Shown here: positions 11,167-24,382 of the stretch, in pieces
Numbering within the stretch: position 1 is the stretch's first letter
How the letters are laid out: every line of letters begins with the position of its first letter
DNA from: Eledone cirrhosa
Taxonomy: Eukaryota
Assembly (NCBI GenBank): GCA_964016885.1
Contig: OZ024741.1
Coordinates: 412,548,001 to 412,612,000 of the forward strand
Length of the DNA stretch: 64,000 bases
Reading direction: 5' to 3'
Notes under the pieces: model-generated
What the model saw: the letters and a program-made list of their open reading frames with translations, nothing else
The model's database searches: none
Told to the model about the DNA's origin: nothing
Program-made: the position numbers and the translations under genes

Positions 11167-12992
11167 TGGTGCATTCGGATAAAACTGGGAACCTATACTT
11201 TGTCAACCCTGACAGATACCACACACTGATCAGGAGCAGCCTAAACTCCACCTATAAAAAGGCCAACCACTCTTGCATCGAGGACATAAATCGAGATGGA
11301 CAACAAATCACCTCCAGCCTCGGGGTCGCCGACCGCACGGAACCTCTAGACCCACGGACACCATACTTCACACTGAAGGACCATAAATCCGATTTTGACC
11401 GTAAAACCTCTATCAGGCTTATTAACCCAACGAAGTCCGACATAGGGAGAATCAGCAAAAAAATCCTAGACCGCGTGATACCAAAAGTCAAGCAACACAC
11501 CCGACTTAGCCTATGGATCAACACCCAGGAAGTAATCTCCTGGTTCAGCAATATGGAGGATAAACGAGAAACTAAATTCATACAGTTCGACATAGAGAGC
11601 TACTATGCTTCAATCACCTTACCGCTACTTACTGCCGCCTTGGACTTCACCGAAACACTTGTGCCCATCACCGACCAGGAAAGAAAAATCATCCTCCACG
11701 CCAGGAAGACAGTCTTACTCTTTGACGACTCTAAATGGATAAAAAGAGCTCCCGACTCACCCTTCGACGTCAGCATGGGCGCCACGGATTCGGCGGAGGT
11801 CACAGATCTTATAGGATTATTCCTAATAGCCAAACTCACTGATATGTTTCCTGCATTCGGTGGTGGATTGTACCGTGATGATGGGCTCCTTACCCTTAAA
11901 GGGTACAACCCCAGTAGTACAGATCGGGTCCGGAAACAATTAATCAGATTCTTCCGCGACTGGGGATTTAAAATAACCCTACAAACGTCCCTGACCCGAG
12001 TAAACTTCCTGGACGTGACCCTCGACCTCGAAAACGACCTGTACTACCCATACAGGAAACCTAATGACAATCTGCACTACATCCACCGCCGATCAAACCA
12101 TCCTAGGAACATCACAAACAACCTGGTCAAAAACATCTCCCTCCGCATATCCCGTTTGTCAGCTAACGAGCGGATATTCGATGAACATGCGCCTTATTAC
12201 AACCAGGCCCTCAAGCGGAGTGGTTTCCGGGAGGAAATATCCTACTGTCCAGCTCCCATTAGCGGAACCAGCAGGAGACACCGCCGCTCACGCAATGTAA
12301 CATGGTTCAATCCTCCCCACAACGCAGAGGTGACAACTCCCATCGGGAAACTATTCTTTAGGCTCATTGAAAAACACTTCCCATTACAACACCGCTACCA
12401 CAACATAATTAACAAAAATACCATCAAACTCTCTTACAGCACTACACCAAACTTCGCACAAAACATCGTCTCCTCTAACAACAAAAAACTCAACCCCGAT
12501 GGCAGAAATAACCTAAATAGCAGTGGAGAACCGACCAGGAGGTGTAACTGCCCGGATAGATCTATTTGCCCACTCGACAATAGATGCAGAGACCGTAATG
12601 TGATCTACCAGTGCAACGTGAGGACGGATACCTCCAACAAAGCCTATATAGGACTTACCGCATGTGACTTCAAGACCCGGCTATACCAACATAGACATAC
12701 CTTCCGAAACCCGGCCCGGCGTCACGCCACTACACTTTCGGGCCACATATGGGACCTCAAGGACAACAACATCACCTATGATCTCACTTGGAGATTACTG
12801 TCCAGAGCCAATTCTTACACGGGAGGACGCCGTCCGTGCAATTTATGCTCGGAGGAAACTTTACAAATGCTGTTTTCGACGGACCAACTCCTAAACAAGA
12901 AAGATGAACTGGTCACTGCATGTAAACATAGATTGCGTAGGACTTACCTCGCCCTCAAACCCCATAATGACCCGGGGGGGGGGGTAGACTAG
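11167..12992 (+). CDS. PLE reverse transcriptase + GIY-YIG endonuclease (N-truncated at the DKT motif, otherwise uninterrupted)
   Basis: SDKTGNLY, QFDIESYY, DVSMGATDSAEV, GLYRDDGL, VNFLDV, CNC..CPL..C, VIYQC..YIGLT..FKTR, CNLC..CKH. The first ~11 codons of the listed ORF (11133) come from the inverted pLTR. Confidence 0.9.
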
Positions 12993-14093
12993 GGCTATAA
13001 CACCCCACTTGCCGATTTTGCAATGGGTAACCCCTGCTTGCCAAGGAAGACGTAAGATCTTCTTTGTATTCTTTTATCGCTTCCTTTATTTCCTTCCCCC
13101 CTCTCTCCTTAGTCCTTCCACCCCAGCTCTTCTCCTTTGTCGGCGTCTTTTCTCGCCCACCCGAGGCTGCCCTTTGGCCCCATGTAGCCTTAGTACCCCC
13201 ACCTCCCCTCCCCTAGTCTATGATAGATTTGGCGGACTCCGCCCTTTATAGCAGTTGGCTTAGACCCCGGATACTTGCCCCCTTTTTCCGACCGCTCCCA
13301 CTATTTTCGGTGCCCTCTATATTTCTTAGTGGCACTTATGCCTTATTTTTTCGTTTCAGTATTTCTTGCTTCGCTTTTCTTCTGGGCGGGGTGGATTCTG
13401 AATTTATTTCTCCGTATTCTACCTTTATTTCGTACGAACTTTCATGTAGCTTGTTTTAGATCTTTTAGAGTTAGCATTAGTATATATTTTTCTCGGGACT
13501 CAGAATTATTATCTCGTACAAGTTCACTTTACTGCACTGGGTCGTTGCTGGCCCGGGATGGAAACCTTTATTGTTTATTTCGTGGTAGTCTCTTTAGTAT
13601 TTTGGCCCCTTTTGTTGACCTGTCACCGTATCATTTACGTACTTATACCTCTTAAAAGGGTCCTTGCCTATCCCGTCCCACCTAGTTCTTTTACTTATTT
13701 CGTTATTTCTTTCTTTATTTCTTTCTTTACTTCTTTCTTTCTTTCTTTATTTTATTCTAGCCTAACAATAGCCTGAGACCTAGGTCGTAGAATTTAATTT
13801 ACTTTACTTTTTTCTTTACACTTATTTGCTTTTCTTCACTCTCAGTATTTTTTCTTTCCTATTTCTACCCCCCATTGTTCTACCTACCGTTCCGACTTCC
13901 TCCCCCTCCCCCTCCCCTGTATCTTCCTTGACCTCATGCCCAGCTGTAGCTGGCACTACCAACGCTTGATTAGGTCTACTCCACCCCTCCCCTCTTTCTC
14001 CTACTGGCAGGTTTAGCCACCATATCCCCTACTAATTTGCAACCACAGAATTACTACTGATTTTTGACAATCACTTTGACCATATATGGAATT

Positions 14094-14187
14094 ACCCCTT
14101 GAGAAGATCGGCTATTTAAATACCAGGATAAATTTTCATTTAGTCCAGAATTAGCCGTCGAAACGGCTTGAGCTCAGCTGTCGGGGT
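14094..14187 (+). ncRNA. Type I hammerhead ribozyme, U3-A8 core variant; mirror copy at 10907-11000 (-)
   Basis: Stem I ACCCC/GGGGT, core TTGAGAA, stem II GA(T)CGGCTA/TAGCCGTC, GAA, stem III ACGGC/GCTGT with loop TTGAGCTCA, GTC site ending at 14182. Confidence 0.85.
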
Positions 14188-14305
14188 CTTACTGGTTCCT
14201 ATTACCCACTCTACTACCTCAAGTATCGAGTACTTTGGTGCGTTATGGTCCACCTGGTTCCTTACCACATTTCCTTCGTTATATATATATATATATATAT
14301 ATATA

Positions 14306-14500
14306 TAGGAAAAAGATTAACCCCGACGGCAGAGCTCAAGCCGTTTCGACGGCTATTTCTGGACTGAAATAGCCGTCGAAACGGCTTGAGCTCTGCCGTT
14401 GGGGTTAAACCTTTTCCTATTACACACTCTACTACCCTAAGTATTGAGTACTCTGGTGCGTTATGGTCCATCTGGTTCCTTACCACACCTCCTTCGTTAT
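14306..14500 (+). mobile_element. Ultra-short fold-back insertion of a related PLE terminus
   Basis: About 55-bp palindrome arms around TGGACT (14306-14420), then a diverged repeat of 14200-14281; (TA)n on both sides. Confidence 0.8.
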
Positions 14501-14506
14501 ATATAT

Positions 14507-14795
14507 ATATTAAAATAACAGATTAAAGTTTAAGCAAAGAATCGCTGCTTTCACCCTTAACTGGATCTTCTGAAACTAACAAAGTCAATCTGTGAACGCG
14601 GAAGTGAATATTTCAAAAGACGTTGCAACCGGAGGAAGACAGGAAGACGATACTTTGGTTCGTGGAAACGTTCCCTGGCAAGCAACGGGGAAAAACGAAT
14701 ATAATACGTCATTATTTGGAGCGGTGAAAAACAATTACACGCAAAGACAAAACCACCTAAATGGTATAACTGAAGTCGTAGACTAAAATTCAAAC
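14507..14795 (-). repeat. Non-coding repeat family B with hammerhead-like end; other copies at 27006-27124(-) and 30290-30718(+, interrupted by a SINE piece)
   Basis: Shared sequence aaataacagattaaagtttaagcaaagaatcgctgctttcacccttaac...gatcttctgaaac. Confidence 0.8.
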
Positions 14796-15227
14796 TAGGA
14801 AACCGAATGATTCTCGGCTTCAGAGTAAAGAATAAAGTAAATAAAATACAGAGGTAATCGAAAATAAATAAATACATACACGCATCCATATACGTACATA
14901 CACAAGCATACGCGAAAACACTTGCCATAGGTATACAAATACACACACGTAAACAAAAAAAAAACAAAAAAAAAATCCGCACGGACATACAGAACCCACG
15001 CAACGCCTGTACCCGCACGCATACTAATGTATACACCAAATACACATAAAATTATATATAAAAATATACATATTAATCTGTTAGAACACGAAAAGTGTGA
15101 AACAACAGAATGTTCACTTTTCGTGTTCTAACATATATGCCTAACATCTTCATAAATTTTTCGGGGATAGCCGTGGTGGTGGTGATCGTATGTCATTGGC
15201 TAATTTTCAACCAATCAGAGTAAGTGT

Positions 15228-15267
<40 letters not shown>

Positions 15268-16655
15268 ACACTTACTCTGATTGGTTGTGGTTACCTCCGA
15301 TTCAACCCGGAATAGCGTGTATATATATATATATATATATATACTATTCCCCCTCTCTCTATATATATCTTACGCTTTCGCTTTACACTCCTCCCCTTCA
15401 ATAACACATTTCCCCCTCTCTATATATCTCTTCCACTGTTACTTACACCTGTTTCTCTCTATCTGTTCCGTCTCTATATATATATCTCTCTTACTCTTTC
15501 GCTTTGCACTCCTCCCCTTCAATACCATCTCTCCCCCTCTCTATATATTTGTTACTCTATCGCTGCACGCTCCTCTCCTTCAATATATCAATTACACACG
15601 CTTTACACTCCTTTATCCCCAGCGCCCCTATATATACACCCCCCTCCCGCATCTATATTTTAATGTTCCGTTGCACCGTGAATATATGTGTCTATATATA
15701 TATACATATATATTGTATATACACATTCATGTATGTGTATACACACTCATGGTTTTATGTGTGTATTGTAAATTTGTACTGTTAAAACACGAAACTAACA
15801 TTCGATTGACACTTTGATTACCTGTACAGGCAATAGTTATTAGAATGCTGTTGAAGTGTGTATATATTTTTGGGGGACATCCTGTATATACACACATTAT
15901 ATATAATACAATAAACAGATAAATACACACATATATATATGAGCTTATTTAATTATAAATATTGTGAATTTTTAACTCAGTTCAATTATATATATATAAA
16001 TGGCTTCTACAGGACTAGAACTGTTTCATTCGAAAGAAATCATCATAATATTGAGAGGGGGTACTAGATAAAATATTTCAAATCAAATGTGTATAAGTTA
16101 TAAGTTAAAATGTATAAATAGAGACGATAGTGGAGGTATATTTGTTTAGTGGAACAGTAGACGATAGAATTAAATACAGACGAGAATCTCCCTTTAATGA
16201 AACAGCAGACGATAGAATTAAGGCAATTTAAATTTTAAGCATTTGCATTTCATCGTTACGGGGTCGATAAAATAAAGTACCAGTAATACACTGTCACTAT
16301 AAGTAGACGACTTTCAAATTGAATTGTTGGTTCCATTTCTTTAGTATTTTCAATTGTAGTTATCTACTTAAAAAGCGTTACACGGTTAGAGACATAATTG
16401 GTAAGTTATATCTTCCCTATTAAACCATTGCATTATTTCGCCTACAATAGAACAAAAATGAAATGTTCTTTAAAGAAACAGGAATATAACTTTATAAAAA
16501 AAAAAGTTGCATCCGCTTCTTTTATCATTGATAATTTTTTCGTTTTAATATTAATTGTTTTTTGTAGTTGTTTATATTAAAAATCTTACTGTAATATTTA
16601 CTTAAACGAAGGCAGACATCTAAACTTATAGATTAATCTTGAGCGAAGGACTAGA

Positions 16656-16730
<75 letters not shown>

Positions 16731-17219
16731 GAAGAATGATAACATTTCAAGCAAAGAGTTTAATTAGGTAATGACTTACAAATTTGTTTCAGTATATATT
16801 TAATATAATATTAATATATTTTGTAATATTATTAACTAATTATTATAATTAGCGCTTCAGGCTTTGTCTATATACTGAAACAAATTTGTAAGTCATTACC
16901 TAATTAAACTCTTTGCTTGAAATTTTATCACTCTTCGTTTTGAATTTCTCCTAAGTATTCAATACTCTGTTGAGAAATACATTTTACATAAACAGTCTTT
17001 GTACCATTTATACGGTATTAATTACTTATATTTATATATATATATATATATAGCGTATGATTAGAACTGTGTTTATTATTAATATTTTAATGGATTTAAT
17101 GAAAAATTTTAGGTGTTCATATATATATTCTAAAACTGCGCGAAATCGTGAATCCGCGATAGTTGAACCGCCAAGTAGCGAGGTATCACTGTATATATGT
17201 TTAAATATATAGTGTAGCT

Positions 17220-17684
17220 GTGATGTATCTCGCGAGTGAATCGAGACCTGTCACTGATTTTGGTGTCCCCACTGCCGATGTGAATGAGCAACGCTGCACT
17301 TGTGAATTGGGTCTTGATGTTGCAGGCAGTTCATATACTTACAATGATGCGGTCCCACAAGCTTGTTCACATTCCTGTGCTAATAATCTAGATGGGCGTA
17401 TTAAATTGGATGTGAAAGCAGCTTACCGGATGCGGAATCGGGAGAAGTTGAGACAAAAACAGGCCGATTATAGAGCTGTGAATTTTGCTAAATTAACACA
17501 AAAACAGGCCAAGTATAGATGTTCAAAACGGTATGAGTTGGCAAACAAGCAGGCCAAGTATAGATCTGCAAATTCAGCTATTATATCTCAAAAGCAAGCC
17601 GAGCGTAGAGCTTCTAAACGTACCGAGTTGGCTAAAGAGCAGACCAAGTACAGATCTGCAAATATCTTATTGCACAAACAATAA
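17220..17684 (+). other. 154-aa ORF with 15-aa basic repeats (KQAxYRxxNxxxL); probably a transposon-derived fragment
   Basis: About six 45-nt repeats; no catalytic motif recognised. Confidence 0.4.
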
Positions 17685-18074
17685 TTCTGCACAAATGTTG
17701 CTCCATTATTTTGGCAGTATTGGTAGAGGGTCGGATGCCATGCTTTCCAGCATAGTTACGTCCCTTTACGATCTGAGTTCAAATCCTGCCGAGGTTGACT
17801 TTGCCTTTCATCCTTACGGGGTAGATAAAATAAAGTACCAGTAATGCACTGGGTAATTGCTGGCCTTGTGCCTAAAGTAGAAACAATTATTAGATCTAAT
17901 GTTGCAACGATACAGTTAAATGTTGTCTGTGTATTTTAAAAAAGATTTGCTTATAATCTTTTCAAATTTCATTACGCCAATGATTCAAGCTCAAATTGAC
18001 ATTATCTAAAAAATTGTACAAACAGCGGTGGATTAGCAGTAGTGAACAGATAAATCAGTCAATTTATTAAGATT

Positions 18075-18730
18075 GACTTGGCATCAATCAGCAAGACCTT
18101 CATTAGCTGCTCTCCAGCCATCTATTTAAAGCTGTATACATCTATGGTACGAATACACTTGGAGTTCGCGTCATCAGTCTGGAACCCCTATCTTGCTCAG
18201 AACATTGACCTCCTGGAAACTGTTCAGAGACATGCAACCAAGCGCATACCCTCCATCAGACACCTACCATACCCTGAATATTTTGCTTCCCTCTGGCAAT
18301 GGACTTGGTAAACACCCACAAAGTTATTAACCATCCGACCAACAACAACCCCGAACACCTTTTTGATCTCCATGTGTCTAACACGTGGACATGCCTACAA
18401 AGTCAGAAAACAACACAGCTCCCATGACTTTAGGAAATATTTCTTCATGCTCAGAGTTGCTGAAGGATGGAACAAACTTCCTGCATCAGTTGTTAGCTGA
18501 TGACACACTGCATCCTTTAAAACCATCATACATTCCGAAATACACCAAAACTACACCTGATGTCCCCCTTCCATACACATGCACATATGTGTATATCATG
18601 ACTCATGCACTGTTCTTTTTTCCTGACGTTTTTATATTACCCTATGTATTATATATGCACTTTTGATGAGTTGTAGTGCACCTCAGCATTGTACACAATA
18701 TTTTCATTATTATTATCATTATTATTATTA
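18075..18730 (+). mobile_element. CR1/L2-group LINE 3' end, degenerate
   Basis: LYTSMVRIHLEFASSVWNPY...LETVQRHATKRI; (ATT)n tail. Confidence 0.88.
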
Positions 18731-19921
18731 CACTCATTGATCCATTTTGCACTAACTCTGCATCAAGCACCCTCACCTAAATATTAACCAATCAAGGATC
18801 CAATACAGCTATCTGTTGGATGAGTATTGTATAGTGCCAAAAACGAAACCAATCAGTTTAGCAGAAAGTTTCCAGACAAGAAACACGCATATTTTGCTAT
18901 CCTCAAACACGTTTACACATGGCATGAAATATAACTAATCCGAGATGGCTAGGTTTCATCTTCTAACTGGATATACGAAATCCATTATGTCTTGACAACA
19001 ACATGAGGTAACATTATGTTATTCACAGACACACTTTGTACACTGTTCCATATCAGAATGTATTTCCTTCGTCACATTCACAAACAGTATTGAAAATATG
19101 TTCTTCGGCAAATAAAAATGTTTTGTTCATAATATTTCAACTAGCGATTGCTCTACTCCACGCACGACCACCATAAATTAATGACCAGCTCAACACAAGT
19201 ATTGGTAGAGCGTCAGACACCATGCTTTGCAGTATTGTTATGGTCCTTTGCATTCTAAGTTCAAATCCTGCCGAGGTTAACTTCGACTTTCATACTTACT
19301 AATTCGATAAAATAAAGTACCAGTAATGGACTGCCGTAATGGATTTGTGCCGAAAAATAGAAACACTATTAATGTGCAATAAGAGCAAAATATAACGACA
19401 TTGCTCAATTATTTTATCTAATGTTGTAATAACACAAGGAAATGTTGTTTGTGTATTTTTTTTTATATTTGCTCATAGGCTTTTACAATTTCGCTCAGCC
19501 AACAACTATTAAAAAGTGAGTTGCTTAAGATAACAATTTAATCACAAATTGTTGCTATCTTTTAATACACTCCAACAAGTCATCAAATTATGTACAATAA
19601 AAACAAATCTTATTAATTTGCTCAGGGAATATAAAGAAAATGTATATACACTGATAATTGCAATTGTATGTAAATATTTTGTTTTTGTATTGTTTATTTT
19701 ATGTTTTCTATTATGTATAATATATTGATTTAATATTGATTGTTTTTTGTAGTTGTTTATATTAAAAGTCTGAAAATATTTTTATACATCTTACACTAAT
19801 ATTTATAAGATAATTTATAATAACAATTACATAATCTAATTACATTACAACGATAATTTATTATTAATATATATCCTCTTTAACTAGAGTTATTACAAGC
19901 GTTGCCTTAAAAAAATATTAA

Positions 19922-20878
19922 ACTAGACATGAAAAATGCGCAAGCTCAAAAGTGCCACAGAATGTTATAATAAACCTTCAAAAGTGTGGGACTAGAGTTG
20001 TTGCTAAAAAATATTGTAATCATTATATATCGTACATTCTGTGGCATCCTTTATAAAAATAGCTTAAACCAACGAAGCCTTTATTTTTACGCTATTTCAC
20101 TTAGTTAATTCTTAGAGTGTAACATATAAAAATAAATACATCTATGTTTAATGTAATAACAGCTATAAATAATTACGTAATATTATTATCATATACTCAT
20201 AGTAACAAAATAATTGTGTTGAAAATTAATATGATGCTTATATGAACGATCAAATCTATAATGATAATTTCTTAAATATACTAATAGTAAAATAATTTAG
20301 TTATCTATTGTTACATTTTCATAGAACTATAATATTGACAATCGTATTGCATTATCAAATTTTTATCACTACAAACTTTCATATTGGAATTACCTTAAGC
20401 CACTTATTATTACTTCGCTTTCGTACTTTTACAGCTGTAGATATTGCGCTGTATCTTATATCTAATATCAATATCTCATGGTAATTTGCATGCAGTGTAA
20501 AATAGGTTTATTAATAACTTTAATATGAAATGTATTATACAGGGCTGCGGAGTCGGCCAAAAATTGACTGGCTCCAACTCAGGATCCGATATTCCCTTAT
20601 TTCCTAAATTTCAGCTCCGCAGCTCTGTTATTATATTAATTAATTTATTTTATAGTTGTAAATCATATTTTTATATGTTACACTCTAAGAATTAACTAAG
20701 TGAAATAGCGTAAAAATAAAGGCTTCGTTGGTTTAAGCTATTTTTATAAAGGATGCCACAGAATGTACGATATATAATGATTACAATATTTTTTAGCAAC
20801 AACTCTAGTCCCACACTTTTGAAGGTTTATTATAACATTCTGTGGCACTTTTGAGCTTGCGCATTTTTCATGTCTAGT
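19922..20878. repeat. Fold-back element with ~213-bp apparently perfect inverted repeats
   Basis: 19922-20134 is the reverse complement of 20666-20878. Confidence 0.92.
20540..20627. mobile_element. 88-bp hAT-like MITE
   Basis: TIRs cagggctgcggag / ctccgcagctctg; 8-bp TSD gtattata / ttattata (1 mismatch). Confidence 0.75.
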
Positions 20879-21416
20879 ATATATATGTGTGTGTGCGTGT
20901 ATACATATAAATAAATAAATACGTATATAACAAGCGCACACACATATCTACATGTAAATACACATATGTTCGGAGACGTACGTCAAGCAAAACACGAAGT
21001 ACACATATACACACACCCTACATACGTACGAACCCGCATACTCACACAGACGTAAAACTCACGTATACACATAACCAAAAGCATATGTACCAGAATATAT
21101 AAAATATACGCCATAACATATACAATCAAATATACGTAGAGAAAGTATACGTACCTTCACAAAACATACAGGTAATATATACTTACCTATACAAATAAGT
21201 AATGGTATAAACATAACATATACTTAGCTACCACATCAAGACGTAAAATATTAATGATTGGTTAATAATCTTCCAATAGTGAATTTAGCAGACCAAAGTT
21301 GCAAGATGGTGGCCCTGATGCCGCTGTGTGTCACATCTGTCCGCCATGGGTGACCCTACCAGGAAATAGTTTTCCAGACGACATAGCTTCAACACCTCCA
21401 ACACCTGCACCAACAT

Positions 21417-24030
21417 CTATAGCACCTCTTTGTAGACGATATTGCGCGTCACCCCTTGAGGAGTGTAAGCCAAAAGTGCATTCCTGCTCCCTACGTGGGA
21501 ACAGGCAACATAAAGTTGACCATGGGAGAAGCATGGCACCCCCCAATTGGATGCCCGCCACCGACAATGTTTGCCCTTGTGACTTGTTAATGGACATGGC
21601 AAAACATGGTCTCATCGGGAATAGGGATCGCCGGAAATCGAACGGGATATCTGACGCCGAGGGGGAAAAGGTTCATCCTTGGAATGAAAACATTCTCCCC
21701 TCTCCCTCACCCCGTTACAATGGTGGCCTCAATCAAGTGGGGCGTCATTGACTTGACGACCATGCGAGTACCGTTGCACTGCTTTGGTGGGCGCAAGTTC
21801 CTTATTAGCATAATGAGACAGCCAACCCTAAGCTTAAGAATGTGAGGTGGGAGCCCTGGAGGCTCAAGGGAATTTAATAACTCAACCGGATAATTAACGA
21901 TATCGTCGGGGTCTGACGTCCGGTCGATAGATTCGAAGATGTGCTCTTTACCGGGAATCTTCTCAATCAGCTGTTCGTTAATAAAATTAACCATAGCATT
22001 TTTCGGAGCAAGGATCGCTCTTTCGCTGAGCCAATCGAAGTTTTTAAAGTTAGATGAGACATTAGGAAAAACTGCCTCCCAAAGGTCAGAAGGGCTGCTC
22101 ACAATGTTGCACAGGGAGTCGATTGCTATGCCGCCCTTATCATCCGTTCTGAGCAAATGTTGCAGACATGTTGTCATCATGCAAATGAGCACGCATATTT
22201 GTGCTCAGGTACAAAGTCTTCACCTGGGGCCACAACGTGGACGACTTAAGGCAGGCACGCACTTCATCAGATCTTGTCCCTCTGGGGATGACAGGCAGCG
22301 TTTGCCGAAAATCCCCTGATAGCAGAAGGGTTACGCCACCCACAGGAGCCGTAGAATCCCTAATGTCTTTCAGGGTCCTGTCCAATGCCTTAAGGGCACC
22401 CTTGTGTGCCATTGTGCACTAATCCCAAACAATGAGGTAACATTTTTTGAGAACCAGAGCTTCGTGTGAGCTCTTGCTGATATTGCATGTTGGTGTCTCA
22501 GTTTTTACTAAATCCAAGGGGAGTTTAAAGGCTGAATGTGCTGTCCTGCCTCTCGGCAGCAAAGTAGCAGCGATCCCGGACGATGCAACGGCCAACGCAA
22601 TTTTTTTCTCCTGACGAATCTTAGCGGGAATCAATTTTGTTACAAAAGTTTTTCCGGTACCCCCAGGAGCATCGAGAAAGTAAATACCCCAGTCTGATTT
22701 TGAACCAACATTTGTTCGACAGATGTTTGGGCTCATTTTCCTCTAAGTATTGGGAAAGAGATTCAATGTCATATGCTGTTTCCCGTAACAAATCCGGGGC
22801 CAACGTGTTAGCCTCATCTGTGACGGTTGACGGCAAGCCATACGTCGCCAACTCACTCTCACCCATGTCGAGGAGGGCGTCCTCGATATCAATGAGTGCC
22901 CAGTTGTAGATAATGTCGCTGTAACCAACTTCCTCTAAAGGATATTGCAGATGAGCCAGGTGCAGGAAGTCCTCAGACATGAAGTCTCTGTACTTGACCC
23001 ATAAAGTTTTGGGATCACCCAATTCACACTTTTGAAGCAAAATGGCAAAGAGTTCCCGTAGACTTTTAGGTGATTTCAACAAATCACCTTCTGATAAAGT
23101 GGAATCCCATTGCGAATCATCTTCCAAAAGACCACGCTTAAAGCAGGCTTCCCGGTACGTATCATATTTCTCCATCAACAGTTTTGAGGTCCTGAAAACT
23201 TTGTGGGCCTACAACTTCATGCAGAAGAAGACAGAGATGAAAGCACTCATGCTGACTTGGGGGCACAGTGTAAACCCTTCCAAGACAGCTGACAAATTTT
23301 AGACCAGAATGTCTTTCAACAGCATGACCTGAGTGTTTTTCAACAGCCTGACCAAGTGTTTTTCGACCATATAAAGTCGGATGGAACCTGGGGGTACACA
23401 ATTGTTTGCGCAAATGTATCGAACTGGTCTCTTTCGGGTCGGCGGCCAGCTTGGCGGCGGTTTGGTCCGTAAAGTAAACCCTTTGCCCATTTCCAAATGT
23501 ACCGCAAGCTGTACGATGGCGGGGTGCCGTTGGTGTAGGGGGAAACCAAATAGGCGCCAAAAAGCTTCATTGCTACTGATGTACCACCCCGCCAGGTATT
23601 CTGTGACCTCATCAGAGCCCTTATTTACATCGCCACCAGTCTGAGTTTCGTCAACAAATTTTTTGGGGTATCCCTTACTGCACGACCCCCCTTTCAGACA
23701 CGTGTGATGCTCATTAGAACCCGACGCACACGGACCATGTTAGCTTTGACGATGTCATGTCATTCCTGGTCAGTTGCTGGGTTAGGGATTTCAGCCGAAA
23801 TGAAGCTGTCTATGGCATTTGAATTGATTTTATCAGCTATCCAAATCAAAATGTGAGCATATAGCAGCTCTCGTTTTTGCCATTCGACGGTGAACATGTC
23901 ACATTTTACAGCCCCAAATACCTGACCTTTTTGATTAAAGCCATGAGTTTAGCCAGTTTCAGTCTGAACACTCTGGCAATGAGGTCATGTCTGTTCGAAT
24001 AATTTTGCCCAGGAAAAAGTTCACGGGTTA
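21417..24030 (-). pseudogene. Helitron Rep-helicase (HUH Rep + PIF1 helicase), frameshifted
   Basis: RHDLIARVF; TVEWQKRELLYAHILIW (degenerate HUH motif, ~23840-23897); FLDAPGGTGKTF, LSGDFRQTLPV, CNGTR, FAMSINKSQGQTL, FSHGQLYVACS in different frames. Confidence 0.93.
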
Positions 24031-24382
24031 CATTCCGATTCATATGTCTATAGCATTAATCTGTTATATGAAGTGTTATTTTGCGGGTTGTTATTTGCAA
24101 TAAGCCGATTGAAAATGCCCCAGATAAGCCGTATGCCAATACGGAACGCTCCACTGCAGTGTTGTCATATAGGGAGTGAAGAGCGACAGAGAGAGTAAAG
24201 CAGTTAAATTATAGAGAGCGGGAATATACGGAACGCTCCATTTGATCATATACATTGTTTCTCTCTCTGCAGTGTTGTCATATAGGGAGTGAAGAGCGAC
24301 AGAGAGAGTAAAGCAGTTAAATTATAGAGAGGTCGTTATTGTTACGTTTGTTGTTTTATAAATTCATCTGTTGCGTTTGAAT

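Larger units (their letters stand above)
10893..14281 (+). mobile_element. Naiad-like Penelope element, 5'-truncated, with inverted partial pseudo-LTR
   Basis: 10893-11166 is the near-perfect reverse complement of 13929-14202. RT + GIY-YIG ORF, long 3' UTR, hammerhead, (TA)n on both flanks. Confidence 0.92.
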
